From NCBI GenBank assembly GCA_963932905.1, contig CAWVRN010000012.1, positions 32,001 through 96,000 of the forward strand: a DNA stretch of 64,000 bases, read 5' to 3'. A program made the position numbers and the translations under genes. Numbering within the stretch: position 1 is the stretch's first letter; each line of letters begins with the position of its first letter. A model generated the notes under the pieces. The model was not told the DNA's origin. It made no database searches and was given only the letters and a program-made list of their open reading frames with translations. Below, in pieces: positions 56,366 through 64,000 of the stretch. Source of the stretch: an uncultured Bdellovibrio sp. GTDB lineage: Bacteria; Bdellovibrionota; Bdellovibrionia; Bdellovibrionales; Bdellovibrionaceae.

Positions 56366-57016
56366 CTATCTATTTTCTAAAATAAATCGGTATGTGTACC
56401 TAATTTTTACCGCGACGGACTGATCTTTAATGCGAGCCGGACGAAACTGGAAATTTTTGATGACCGCTAAGGCCGCATCATTCAAACCGAAACCAGGTCC
56501 TTTAATCAAAGTCACTTGGCGTACTTTGCCTTGCTCATCAATGAGGAGGTCCATAACGACTGGACCTTCAATTCCAGCTTTCTTGGCTTCGTCAGGATAA
56601 GGAATGCGAACTTCAGATACCAATACTGGCATAGACGTAACCAGGAATTCATCAGCGGGTATGGGCAATGAATCGGCATCGCTCGGATCTAATTTCAAAT
56701 TATCCATTTCTTTTGCAACAGTGTTTCCTGATTTTACTTCGGCGGAAGAGGCATCGGGCGCGGCCGAAGTTAAGGCTTTACGACTGACACCGAAAACTTT
56801 TTTTGTATCCGGTGGGGGAGGCGTCGGTTTAACGGGTTCTGCTTTAGGTGGCTCTAAATTTAAAGTCTTCGGTACAACTTTAACATTTTCGTAAACTTCA
56901 AATTTTACAGTTTTCTTTTCGGATTTAGGTTTAAAAAACAGAATCCCAACCCCAAGTGCTAATACCAAGTGAATCAGCGCCGATTGAACTAAAGGATGAC
57001 GCCAGTTTATGGACAC
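56366..57016 (-). CDS. tonB: Energy transducer TonB
   Basis: S..IH TM, Pro-rich linker, YP.EA...GIEG.V, F.PA. Confidence 0.92.
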   Translation of the reverse strand: MSINWRHPLVQSALIHLVLALGVGILFFKPKSEKKTVKFEVYENVKVVPKTLNLEPPKAEPVKPTPPPPDTKKVFGVSRKALTSAAPDASSAEVKSGNTVAKEMDNLKLDPSDADSLPIPADEFLVTSMPVLVSEVRIPYPDEAKKAGIEGPVVMDLLIDEQGKVRQVTLIKGPGFGLNDAALAVIKNFQFRPARIKDQSVAVKIRYTYRFILENR

Positions 57017-57441
57017 TATTTCTTTTCCTCTTTTTCAATTTGAACAGCGAAACGTTCAACCCCATTTGATTTCAAAATGTCGATCACTCGAACAACTTTG
57101 CCATAAGCAGCCTCAACGTCCGCACTGATGATGGCTTGAGAGGTAGGGTCTTTTCCCAATGCTTCTTTCGCGGCCACTTTCAAGCCCTCTTCGTCAGTGA
57201 TTTGCCCATTCAATAAAATATTGCCGTCTTTGTTAACGGCAACACCCAATGTTTGCAGCATTTTACCATCACCAGTTAATGTTTTAGGTAGTTTGATTTC
57301 TAGTATGTCTTTCACCAGCATGGGTGCCGTGACCATGAAGATAACAAGCAGAACCAGAACGACGTCAACGAACGGAGTGATGTTGATTGACGAAATTATT
57401 CCGGAATCTTCGCTGCTGCTATCGGGAACTGATCCAGCCAT
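57016..57441 (-). CDS. exbD: Biopolymer transport protein ExbD/TolR
   Basis: INITPFVDVVLVLLVIFMVTAP, I.AD. Confidence 0.9.
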   Translation of the reverse strand: MAGSVPDSSSEDSGIISSINITPFVDVVLVLLVIFMVTAPMLVKDILEIKLPKTLTGDGKMLQTLGVAVNKDGNILLNGQITDEEGLKVAAKEALGKDPTSQAIISADVEAAYGKVVRVIDILKSNGVERFAVQIEKEEKK

Positions 57442-57443
57442 AC

Positions 57444-58082
57444 TTATTTCCCACCTAGGATTTGCGCTACGTAAAGATCTTTCAGGGTGTCCAATTGCGA
57501 ATTTAATTTTTTTACACTTTGAGTGAAAACGTTAAACGCGATGATGGCAGGGATCGCAACGAACAAACCCAGTGCTGTCGCATACAATGCTTGCGACACT
57601 CCACTCATCACTGCTGATGAACCCGATTGTGAACCTAAATACGCAAACGCGCGAATGATGCCAAGAACAGTACCAAATAAACCAATGAAGGGAGCATTTG
57701 AACCCAAAGTAGCTAAAACAGATAGTCCTTTTTCTAATTTCAAACGTTCTTCACGAGTGTAGGCTAAAACAACGCGATCGATGGCTTCGGGTTGACTCGA
57801 TGTCGCTAATATATTTTGAAATGCGCGCCCTAAATAAGAAGTTTGTCCGCTGACGTGTTTTTTTAAACTCTCTAATTTAGAAGAATTCATTCCCGCTCCT
57901 TCGGTTAAGATGGATTTAATTTTGCCAAAATCATCAATTGAAATCAGGGAATTCAAATTTTTCCTTCTATCGATCATGATACTGATCGACCAAATGGACA
58001 AAAGAAACATAACTAACAAAATTAGTTTTTCGACAACATCAGTAATCAAAATAATCGCTTCCACGGGATCCTTTTCATTCAA
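57444..58082 (-). CDS. exbB: MotA/TolQ/ExbB proton channel protein
   Basis: LATLGSNAPFIGLFGTVLGII.AF, AL.ATA.GL.VAIPA. Confidence 0.9.
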   Translation of the reverse strand: MNEKDPVEAIILITDVVEKLILLVMFLLSIWSISIMIDRRKNLNSLISIDDFGKIKSILTEGAGMNSSKLESLKKHVSGQTSYLGRAFQNILATSSQPEAIDRVVLAYTREERLKLEKGLSVLATLGSNAPFIGLFGTVLGIIRAFAYLGSQSGSSAVMSGVSQALYATALGLFVAIPAIIAFNVFTQSVKKLNSQLDTLKDLYVAQILGGK

Positions 58083-58193
58083 TACAATTCATTGAATTCT
58101 TTTTATGAGTGCATTTATGATCAAACAAAATGGTGAAGGTGTTAAGAAATTTTTGATGTCGGCCAGTCGCGGCTTAGTTTTACTTTGTAAACG

Positions 58194-58221
58194 AAAAAAA
58201 AGCGCCGGGATCGCCGGCGCT
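58194..58221 (-). terminator. Rho-independent terminator
   Basis: AGCGCCGG-GATCG-CCGGCGCT with A-run on + strand. Confidence 0.88.
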
Positions 58222-58260
58222 GTGTGAGTCATTTGCTTAGTATCGGTTAGGTTTCATAAA

Positions 58261-60381
58261 CTAGGGCATCTTGTAGCCGATTTGTTTAAACAAACCTTCT
58301 ACTGATTTCCATTTACCACTGAATAAGAACGGTTTTTTACCGTAACCGGCAGTCAGCGCTGAATTGTATTTTTTTAATTTTGCTTGTTCTGCTGCTGGTA
58401 AGGATTGAACTAATTGTACGTACTGGCCCGCAAGAGTTTCTAAAGGTTTCTTGGCGTATGGGTTGCCATCAAACAAACCGTTGTCTTTCCATTCTTGTGC
58501 CAACTGAGCTGCAATGTATTGGGCTAAAGCCGCTTCACGAGAAACATTGGCATCAACCGCCGCCTGTTTCACTGTTTGCGACCATGAAACCATAATTTGT
58601 TGCGATTGCGAGTAGGTTTGGCCGCCAGCGCGGATGCTGATGTTAACGGTCACTGCTTTGTTAGGTTTCACATTCTGAGCGATTTGTGCCGGTGTATTTA
58701 AAAGTTTGGCGGTAGTAACACGAGTTAAACCCGGAACGTCCATACCGACTGTGCTGCCAGCAGGAAGTGCTGCGATACCGGCACCAGACAATGTCACGTG
58801 CACTATTCCAGGGGCTTTACCTAAATTCGTAGCTTCTAGTACATTTGGATAAATGCTGTCTAGTACTGATACTGTTGTTAAACCAGATTGGTTTTGAACT
58901 TGTACGCGTACATTTTCGATCACGGGATTGTTAGTGTAATAGGCTACCGTTTGTGCAAACGAATCTTGGTAAGCGGCACCCAAAGTTTGTTGGTAACCTT
59001 GACGGCTAGCTTGAGTGTAGCTTTGGCCATAACCACGAGCATGACCTAGTTTCTGCGCATACGCACGAAGCGCTTGCACGAAGTAGTATTCACCACGAGC
59101 TTGAGCGGCATAATTAGGACGACCGTAAACTTCGCTGTTCCATTTTCGACCGATCACAGAATTGTACTGGGATACGAATTCATATTTGAATTGTTGGCGG
59201 GATTCATCCGCATCAGAATATTGACTAGCATCAGTGATTTCGCGGTATTTCGCGACCATTTGATTGTTAGCTTGAATTTTACCTGGATCTGAATTTTCAC
59301 GAACTAGTTTTTTGTTTAATAGTAAAGTGAATGCGTTCTCTGCTTTCCAGCTAGAAAATAGCGTATCGTATCTGTAATCGGTCCATCCGTAGTAATCAGA
59401 TAGATTCCAGTTGTTACCATAGATATCAGATAAAATATCATCCGCTAAATCAATGTTGAACCCACGACGAGTTTCATTCAAGAAATCATTGTTGTACGCT
59501 GACAACTGCGATGCAAAATCCGGTTGCGCTACTGGCGAGCCTAAACCTTGGAAATCATCACCCGTCGGTTGCGCGCCAGCAGTTACGTTCAAGCCGGCCG
59601 CATTACCCACTGAATTTTGGAAACGCGCACGAGCTTGCGATTGCCCCATGGCCGATCCCACACGAGCGCCTTCGTTGCGACCGTTTTGTAAACCGTCATT
59701 ACCACCTTGAGATAAACCATTTCGAAGACCATTATGATATTCAGGAAGGCTTTCTACAGCGATACCTAGATTTGCGTACAGATTTGATTGTTTTCTGAAG
59801 CCTTGGTAAAAATTGAAACGGTAGTTTTCAATTTGACCGTAAGTTTCCACCACACGATTCGCCATAAAGTTAGCGGCTTGTTCACCGTACGTGCGAACTT
59901 TATCATCAGGAGTTGTTTTTAAAACCGGAGTTGGTTCCGGGCGAGGAGTCGGCGTTGGCTCTGTTCCAGGTCGTGGAGTCACAACCGGTTCAGTGCCTGG
60001 GCGAGGAGTTGGTGTTGGAGCAACTACGATGGGAGAAGGTTCAAGAGGTTGTTTTGCGGGGATGTCGGCGTTCATAAAGACTTTTTTGCCATCTTTAGTG
60101 TACGAAGCTACAACTTCGCCGCCTTTTAAGAATAGATCGTTAGAGACGTTGTTGTACGATTTAACCGCGCAACCACTCTCGAAAGAGTTCTCACGTTGTT
60201 CGATCCCATTCTTGGCGTAACCTTTCTGACCGACTTGGAAGTAAACTTCTTTAACTCCAGCAGGTAGGTTGCACACTTTCGCGTTCACAATTTGGTTGGT
60301 TACCTTAACGCTTAGATTTCCTGCATACAGAGATGATGAAAACATAAGCAAAACACTCAGTAGTCCTAAATTTTTCCCCAT
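58261..60381 (-). CDS. Large secreted hypothetical protein with Pro/Thr linker and GxxxG repeats
   Basis: AAAGGAG RBS and ATG 60381; signal peptide; PTPTPRPGTEP repeats; GLRNGLSQGGNDGLQNG. Confidence 0.85.
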   Translation of the reverse strand: MGKNLGLLSVLLMFSSSLYAGNLSVKVTNQIVNAKVCNLPAGVKEVYFQVGQKGYAKNGIEQRENSFESGCAVKSYNNVSNDLFLKGGEVVASYTKDGKKVFMNADIPAKQPLEPSPIVVAPTPTPRPGTEPVVTPRPGTEPTPTPRPEPTPVLKTTPDDKVRTYGEQAANFMANRVVETYGQIENYRFNFYQGFRKQSNLYANLGIAVESLPEYHNGLRNGLSQGGNDGLQNGRNEGARVGSAMGQSQARARFQNSVGNAAGLNVTAGAQPTGDDFQGLGSPVAQPDFASQLSAYNNDFLNETRRGFNIDLADDILSDIYGNNWNLSDYYGWTDYRYDTLFSSWKAENAFTLLLNKKLVRENSDPGKIQANNQMVAKYREITDASQYSDADESRQQFKYEFVSQYNSVIGRKWNSEVYGRPNYAAQARGEYYFVQALRAYAQKLGHARGYGQSYTQASRQGYQQTLGAAYQDSFAQTVAYYTNNPVIENVRVQVQNQSGLTTVSVLDSIYPNVLEATNLGKAPGIVHVTLSGAGIAALPAGSTVGMDVPGLTRVTTAKLLNTPAQIAQNVKPNKAVTVNISIRAGGQTYSQSQQIMVSWSQTVKQAAVDANVSREAALAQYIAAQLAQEWKDNGLFDGNPYAKKPLETLAGQYVQLVQSLPAAEQAKLKKYNSALTAGYGKKPFLFSGKWKSVEGLFKQIGYKMP
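59925..60017 (-). repeat. Coding Pro/Thr-rich tandem repeat (TPRPGTEP)
   Basis: PTPTPRPGTEPVVTPRPGTEPTPTPRPEPTP. Confidence 0.8.
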
Positions 60382-60415
60382 TTTGGCTCCTTTATTTGTG
60401 GATGTAGCTACATAA

Positions 60416-60432
60416 AGCAGAGCTTGTGCCAA
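60416..60432 (-). promoter_or_regulatory. Putative sigma54 promoter
   Basis: TTGGCACAAGCTCTGCT (GG-N10-GC) about 35 nt before ATG 60381. Confidence 0.7.
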
Positions 60433-60751
60433 CAGACAAGGGGACATTTCGATACTGAGGTTAGGTTTTAGTTATGGAAATTGCTTGGGATTTGGGCATT
60501 CGTGGATTTCAAAAAATCAAATTTAAGTGTTCTTTGTTTAATCAGCAAAAATTACAGCTGTGAAAATGACAATTTCAGAGTTTTTAGAAGGCTTTAGCTG
60601 CCCACTGTGGTATAGTCACCTCGGTTAAAGCGAGCAGGTTGGCTGCTTGGGGTAATCTTTTCAATACCGACGGGTTTGGTTTGATAAAACGTGTCAATCT
60701 TGATAGAGTTCTCTCGGTTGATGCTTCGCTCTTTTTTCGAAAGAAGGTTTC

Positions 60752-61252
60752 ATGGTAACATTTAAGGTTGGTGAAAATGCAGTCTATCCAGGTCATGGTG
60801 TCGGACGTATTCTCGCTATCGAAACCAAAGAGATTTTAGGTAATAAACAGACATTCTATTCCGTCCAAATCATTGAAACAGGCATGAAAATCATGATTCC
60901 TCGTGACAATGTTAAGTCCGTTGGACTGAGACCAATTATTTCCCAAGAAGAGGCCGACAAAGTAGTTGGTATCCTTAAAGAACGTGAAGTTAAAATTGAT
61001 AATCAAACATGGAACCGTCGTTACCGTGAATACATGGAAAAAATCAAAACGGGTTCTGTTTACGAAATCGCAGAAGTACTGAGAGATCTTTTCGTACTTA
61101 AAGTAGATAAAGAACTTAGCTTCGGTGAACGTAAAATGCTAGATACTGCACGTACTCTTCTTTTTAAAGAATTATCGTTAGCGACTAAAGGCAACGATCT
61201 TTTCCAAGAGCCAGAATTGAAAGAAATTTTCGGTTTAGACGTAGCTAAGTAA
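60752..61252 (+). CDS. carD: CarD/CdnL family RNA polymerase-binding regulator
   Basis: FKVGE.AVYP.HGVG, GLR, WNRRYR, LSFGERKML. Confidence 0.93.
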   Translation: MVTFKVGENAVYPGHGVGRILAIETKEILGNKQTFYSVQIIETGMKIMIPRDNVKSVGLRPIISQEEADKVVGILKEREVKIDNQTWNRRYREYMEKIKTGSVYEIAEVLRDLFVLKVDKELSFGERKMLDTARTLLFKELSLATKGNDLFQEPELKEIFGLDVAK

Positions 61253-61436
61253 ATCTTAGCGGTTGAACTGCCTACATCTGGGACGGTCGATTCGGCCGTT
61301 GTATAGATTCATTTGATGTACCCGCGAATGAATCGGTGCTGTACCATAATGATCCATTGACCTTTTGAGAATTAGAATCCCTTTTTTTGTGTGTGAGTTT
61401 GGACTACTATAGAAGTGTAGTTTTAAGGGGGTCGGG

Positions 61437-63071
61437 GTGTCACTTTTTCGAAGGTTTGTTGTTCTCCTTTTTATAAGTATTCAATTAATTGCATTCCAAA
61501 ATTGTAGTAGTGGTTTCCAAACTCAAACCCGTATCCTGTCTGACAGTTCTTCGAATTCGGGATTGAGCGACCCTGCGATGACTCCGGATTCTTCTTCCAC
61601 TGCGACTGACACCAAGTTGGTTGATGCGTGCCTACCTTCCAACAAAGGCGTGGACTACCAGGTGGGATCGGGGGCTAATCAATTAGCTACTCTGGATCTT
61701 GTTCCTTGGGGCAGTTTGAAGGCGGGTGATACCGTCCGCATATTTTATTCCTCGACACCTTATCGGGGGCATATTTTGCTCGCGGCTCAAGGAACGGCGA
61801 ACGCTCCAGTGCGTGTTTGCGGAGTCAAAGGTCCAAACGGTGAACGCCCCATTATTAGCGGTCAAAACGCTGTGGTACGTCGCGGACTCGTGTATGCCGG
61901 TGACCTTCAGGAAACACGTGCAATTGTCCTAATTGACCGGCTAGGTTCGCAGGATTGGGGTACAGCTTTTCCGACGTACATTCAAGTGGACGGTCTGGAT
62001 ATTCGCCAGGCTACTGCGTCGTATTCATTTACGAACTCTAAGGGGGTAACGAGTACCTATAGTTCTTTCGGCGCGTGTATCTGGATAGAACGTGGAGCTA
62101 ATATTACTCTTGCCGACAACATAGTCTCCGATTGTACAAACGGTATTTTTAGCCGTTCGGTTGAAATAGGAGCCGGGATTGCTACGATCACGCGAGACAT
62201 TCGCGTTGCGGGCAATTACATCTACAATAATGGTGTGGATGGTTACGAGCATAATCTCTATATGCAGAGTCTACGAATCACTTACGAATTTAACCGCATT
62301 GGTCCTTCGCGCAATGGTGGTGCAGCGTTGAAAGACCGATCTGTCGGGGCTATCATTCGTTATAATTACATTCAAGATGGTTCACGCGCGCTAGATCTGG
62401 TTGAACCCGAAGATTGGACTGAAACTGCCGCCGCAAATTATCCTGCACTGGCCGACACATTTGTATACGGTAATGTGATTAATAAAAATGGCGATTTAGG
62501 TTCATTCATCCATTACGGTGGCGATCATCCAGGCTCTGAGGCTAATTTCCGTCCCGGCAAGCTCTATTTTTATAACAACACGATCTATGCCACAGGTTCA
62601 ACCGGAGACTATGACGGCGCTATGATCTTTCAGCTGTCGACGACGAAACAAGTCGCTGAGATTTGGAATAATGTGATCACGAGTCCGCAACGGGTGAGGA
62701 TAGGTCTACGAGCGACCCAAGAAGTCGATGCTGGTTGGACGGCGGGTGGTGACACTCGTTTGGGAAAAAACTACATCAAGGATATTTGGAGCACCGTTGG
62801 CTACACATACTCTTACGCCACCAACCCAGGGCCTATCAGTGGAGTAGCAAATATTATTAGTAGTGCAGCAGTCTTGTTGGATACAACGTCGTTTGTTCCC
62901 GATGCGGGTTCAGTGTTGATAGATGGTTCGACGGCAAATTTAGATGCGGTGTCGGCTCATCCCGTGTTATACCAACCCGTCACGTCATTCACCGAGGCTC
63001 GGCCAACGTTCGGTCCTATCGTACGTAAGGTTAGTGGCTCTGCTATGGACCTTGGCGCTATTGAGCGCTGA
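61437..63071 (+). CDS. Lipoprotein with right-handed parallel beta-helix (polysaccharide lyase/hydrolase-like)
   Basis: FQNC lipobox; L.AGDTV.I, EHN.Y, KDRS.G..IRYN, YNNT, terminal DLGAIE. Confidence 0.8.
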   Translation: MSLFRRFVVLLFISIQLIAFQNCSSGFQTQTRILSDSSSNSGLSDPAMTPDSSSTATDTKLVDACLPSNKGVDYQVGSGANQLATLDLVPWGSLKAGDTVRIFYSSTPYRGHILLAAQGTANAPVRVCGVKGPNGERPIISGQNAVVRRGLVYAGDLQETRAIVLIDRLGSQDWGTAFPTYIQVDGLDIRQATASYSFTNSKGVTSTYSSFGACIWIERGANITLADNIVSDCTNGIFSRSVEIGAGIATITRDIRVAGNYIYNNGVDGYEHNLYMQSLRITYEFNRIGPSRNGGAALKDRSVGAIIRYNYIQDGSRALDLVEPEDWTETAAANYPALADTFVYGNVINKNGDLGSFIHYGGDHPGSEANFRPGKLYFYNNTIYATGSTGDYDGAMIFQLSTTKQVAEIWNNVITSPQRVRIGLRATQEVDAGWTAGGDTRLGKNYIKDIWSTVGYTYSYATNPGPISGVANIISSAAVLLDTTSFVPDAGSVLIDGSTANLDAVSAHPVLYQPVTSFTEARPTFGPIVRKVSGSAMDLGAIER

Positions 63072-63305
63072 TTGAACTAAAACTCTGCTTGCCGCCTTGC
63101 TATTATTCTGGCGATAACTCCCGAAATGGGAGTATTGGGCTAAATGGATAAGTTGCCGAGAAATAGGTCATAAGATAATCTCTACAGAATCGAATCTAAG
63201 GGTTGACCAGTTCACCTGTCGTCATTACAACGGGACTCCAATTAATTTGAATAACAATCGAACTCGACGATGTTGTCGATGTTTGAACTAAACACGGAGT
63301 CCATC

Positions 63306-63557
63306 ATGGCTAAGAAAGTTGCAGTAAAAAAAGGCGAAAAAAAACCAGCACGAGTAAAATTCACTGGATTTGTTCCCGTTAAACTTAAAGAATTCACAAT
63401 CACTCAAAAATCATCTGGTCGTTACGAAGTTGTAAACGCACAGGGTAAAAACGTAAATGGCGCGGATAAAGTTAGCGTTCTTTTAGAAGCTAAACTTTTA
63501 CAACCATCTTTGCCAAAAGCAGCAGCGACTGAAGAAGCGGCTCCGGCAGCAAACTAA
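63306..63557 (+). CDS. Small basic hypothetical protein
   Basis: GGAG RBS before ATG 63306; codon use typical of highly expressed genes; Lys-rich N-terminus, Ala/Glu/Pro tail. Confidence 0.8.
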   Translation: MAKKVAVKKGEKKPARVKFTGFVPVKLKEFTITQKSSGRYEVVNAQGKNVNGADKVSVLLEAKLLQPSLPKAAATEEAAPAAN

Positions 63558-63576
63558 TTTCTAGTATATTTTATAT

Positions 63577-63604
63577 GATCGGTCTTGCGTAGGTAAGACC
63601 GGTT
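63577..63604. terminator. Hairpin between convergent genes
   Basis: GATCGGTCTTGC-GTAG-GTAAGACCGGTT. Confidence 0.55.
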
Positions 63605-64000
63605 AAATTCTGGGTCTGGCTCTAGACCGAAATAAGCATAAATTTCCATCATTGAATTCCTGCGGTTCTAACCAATACTGATTTTTCATCCACAGTTTTG
63701 CATTGCCTTTAGTTACTACCGTTATTTTTCTATCCAAACTCAACTCTTGAAGCTGATCCATGATAATGGCGTAGCTGGCGTCTGTGAAAGAATCAAAAAT
63801 ATAGTAGGTATCTGCAGGTGGAATTTTAAAGTCGGTGCTAGCTAAATCTTGAGTCGCGAATCTAACATGTTGGCTCAGGCCCAAATGCTCGCTGGCTTTA
63901 TTAGCGATATCGACTCGTTCTTTAACAAACTCGTATCCAGTGAACTGAATATCTGGACGCATTAGTCCAATCACTAACCCGATTCGACCATAGCCAGAGC
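63603..64000 (-). CDS. Class I SAM-dependent methyltransferase, 5'-truncated by window edge
   Basis: SGYGRIG end of motif I at the window edge; GYEFV..R, QDL, YYIFD. Confidence 0.75.
   Translation of the reverse strand, partial: SGYGRIGLVIGLMRPDIQFTGYEFVKERVDIANKASEHLGLSQHVRFATQDLASTDFKIPPADTYYIFDSFTDASYAIIMDQLQELSLDRKITVVTKGNAKLWMKNQYWLEPQEFNDGNLCLFRSRARPRI

Noticed and set aside
58083..58193. Cobalamin riboswitch or Fur box upstream of exbB
   Set aside because: Region is short and AT-rich, with no B12-box or GATAATGATAATC-like match
60606..60751. Structured carD leader (AGCGAGCA 60629-60636 with TGCTTCGCT 60722-60730) after an extended -10 TGTGGTATAGT
   Set aside because: Pairing is short and bulged; cannot be supported without covariation data
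61253..61436. Two hairpins downstream of carD as a possible ncRNA
   Set aside because: No match to an RNA family I recognise; could be terminator-related
2739..62252. Many short ORF-track entries overlapping longer genes (e.g. 7283-7783, 13063-13368, 15592-16020, 45060-45404, 59891-60220)
   Set aside because: Antisense or alternate-frame shadows of well-supported genes; no motifs or RBS

Overview
Gene-dense, AT-leaning bacterial chromosome segment. The many secreted and lipoprotein hydrolases, an FQNC-type lipobox, DUF3015/DUF4105 genes, CarD and sigma28/sigma54-type promoters suggest a predatory Bdellovibrionota genome (inference). It has about 50 CDS, including recG, fbaB, tcdA, tatD, an Nfu-type protein, carD, an ExbB-ExbD-TonB-TBDR operon, a deoxyhypusine-synthase-like gene and a photolyase-related gene. 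I saw no rRNA, tRNA or CRISPR array. Main points of interest: (1) an operon of a signal-peptide-bearing 974-aa cytochrome P450, DUF1304 and an exported di-heme RoxA/OdsA-like enzyme, which may be a periplasmic oxylipin pathway; (2) a RAYT (HUH/Y1) gene inside perfect 25-bp inverted repeats, with further REP-like copies whose flanking genes show a strong strand-symmetric A/C versus G/T wobble bias; (3) a 4,008-bp transposase-less element with perfect 24-bp TIRs and a 7-bp target duplication, carrying cargo genes; (4) a recurring TGTC-N9-GACA intergenic palindrome, one copy upstream of a sigma54 promoter; (5) a putative sigma28-driven operon of lysozyme-fold enzymes. All calls are from reading motifs by eye; no database searches were run.
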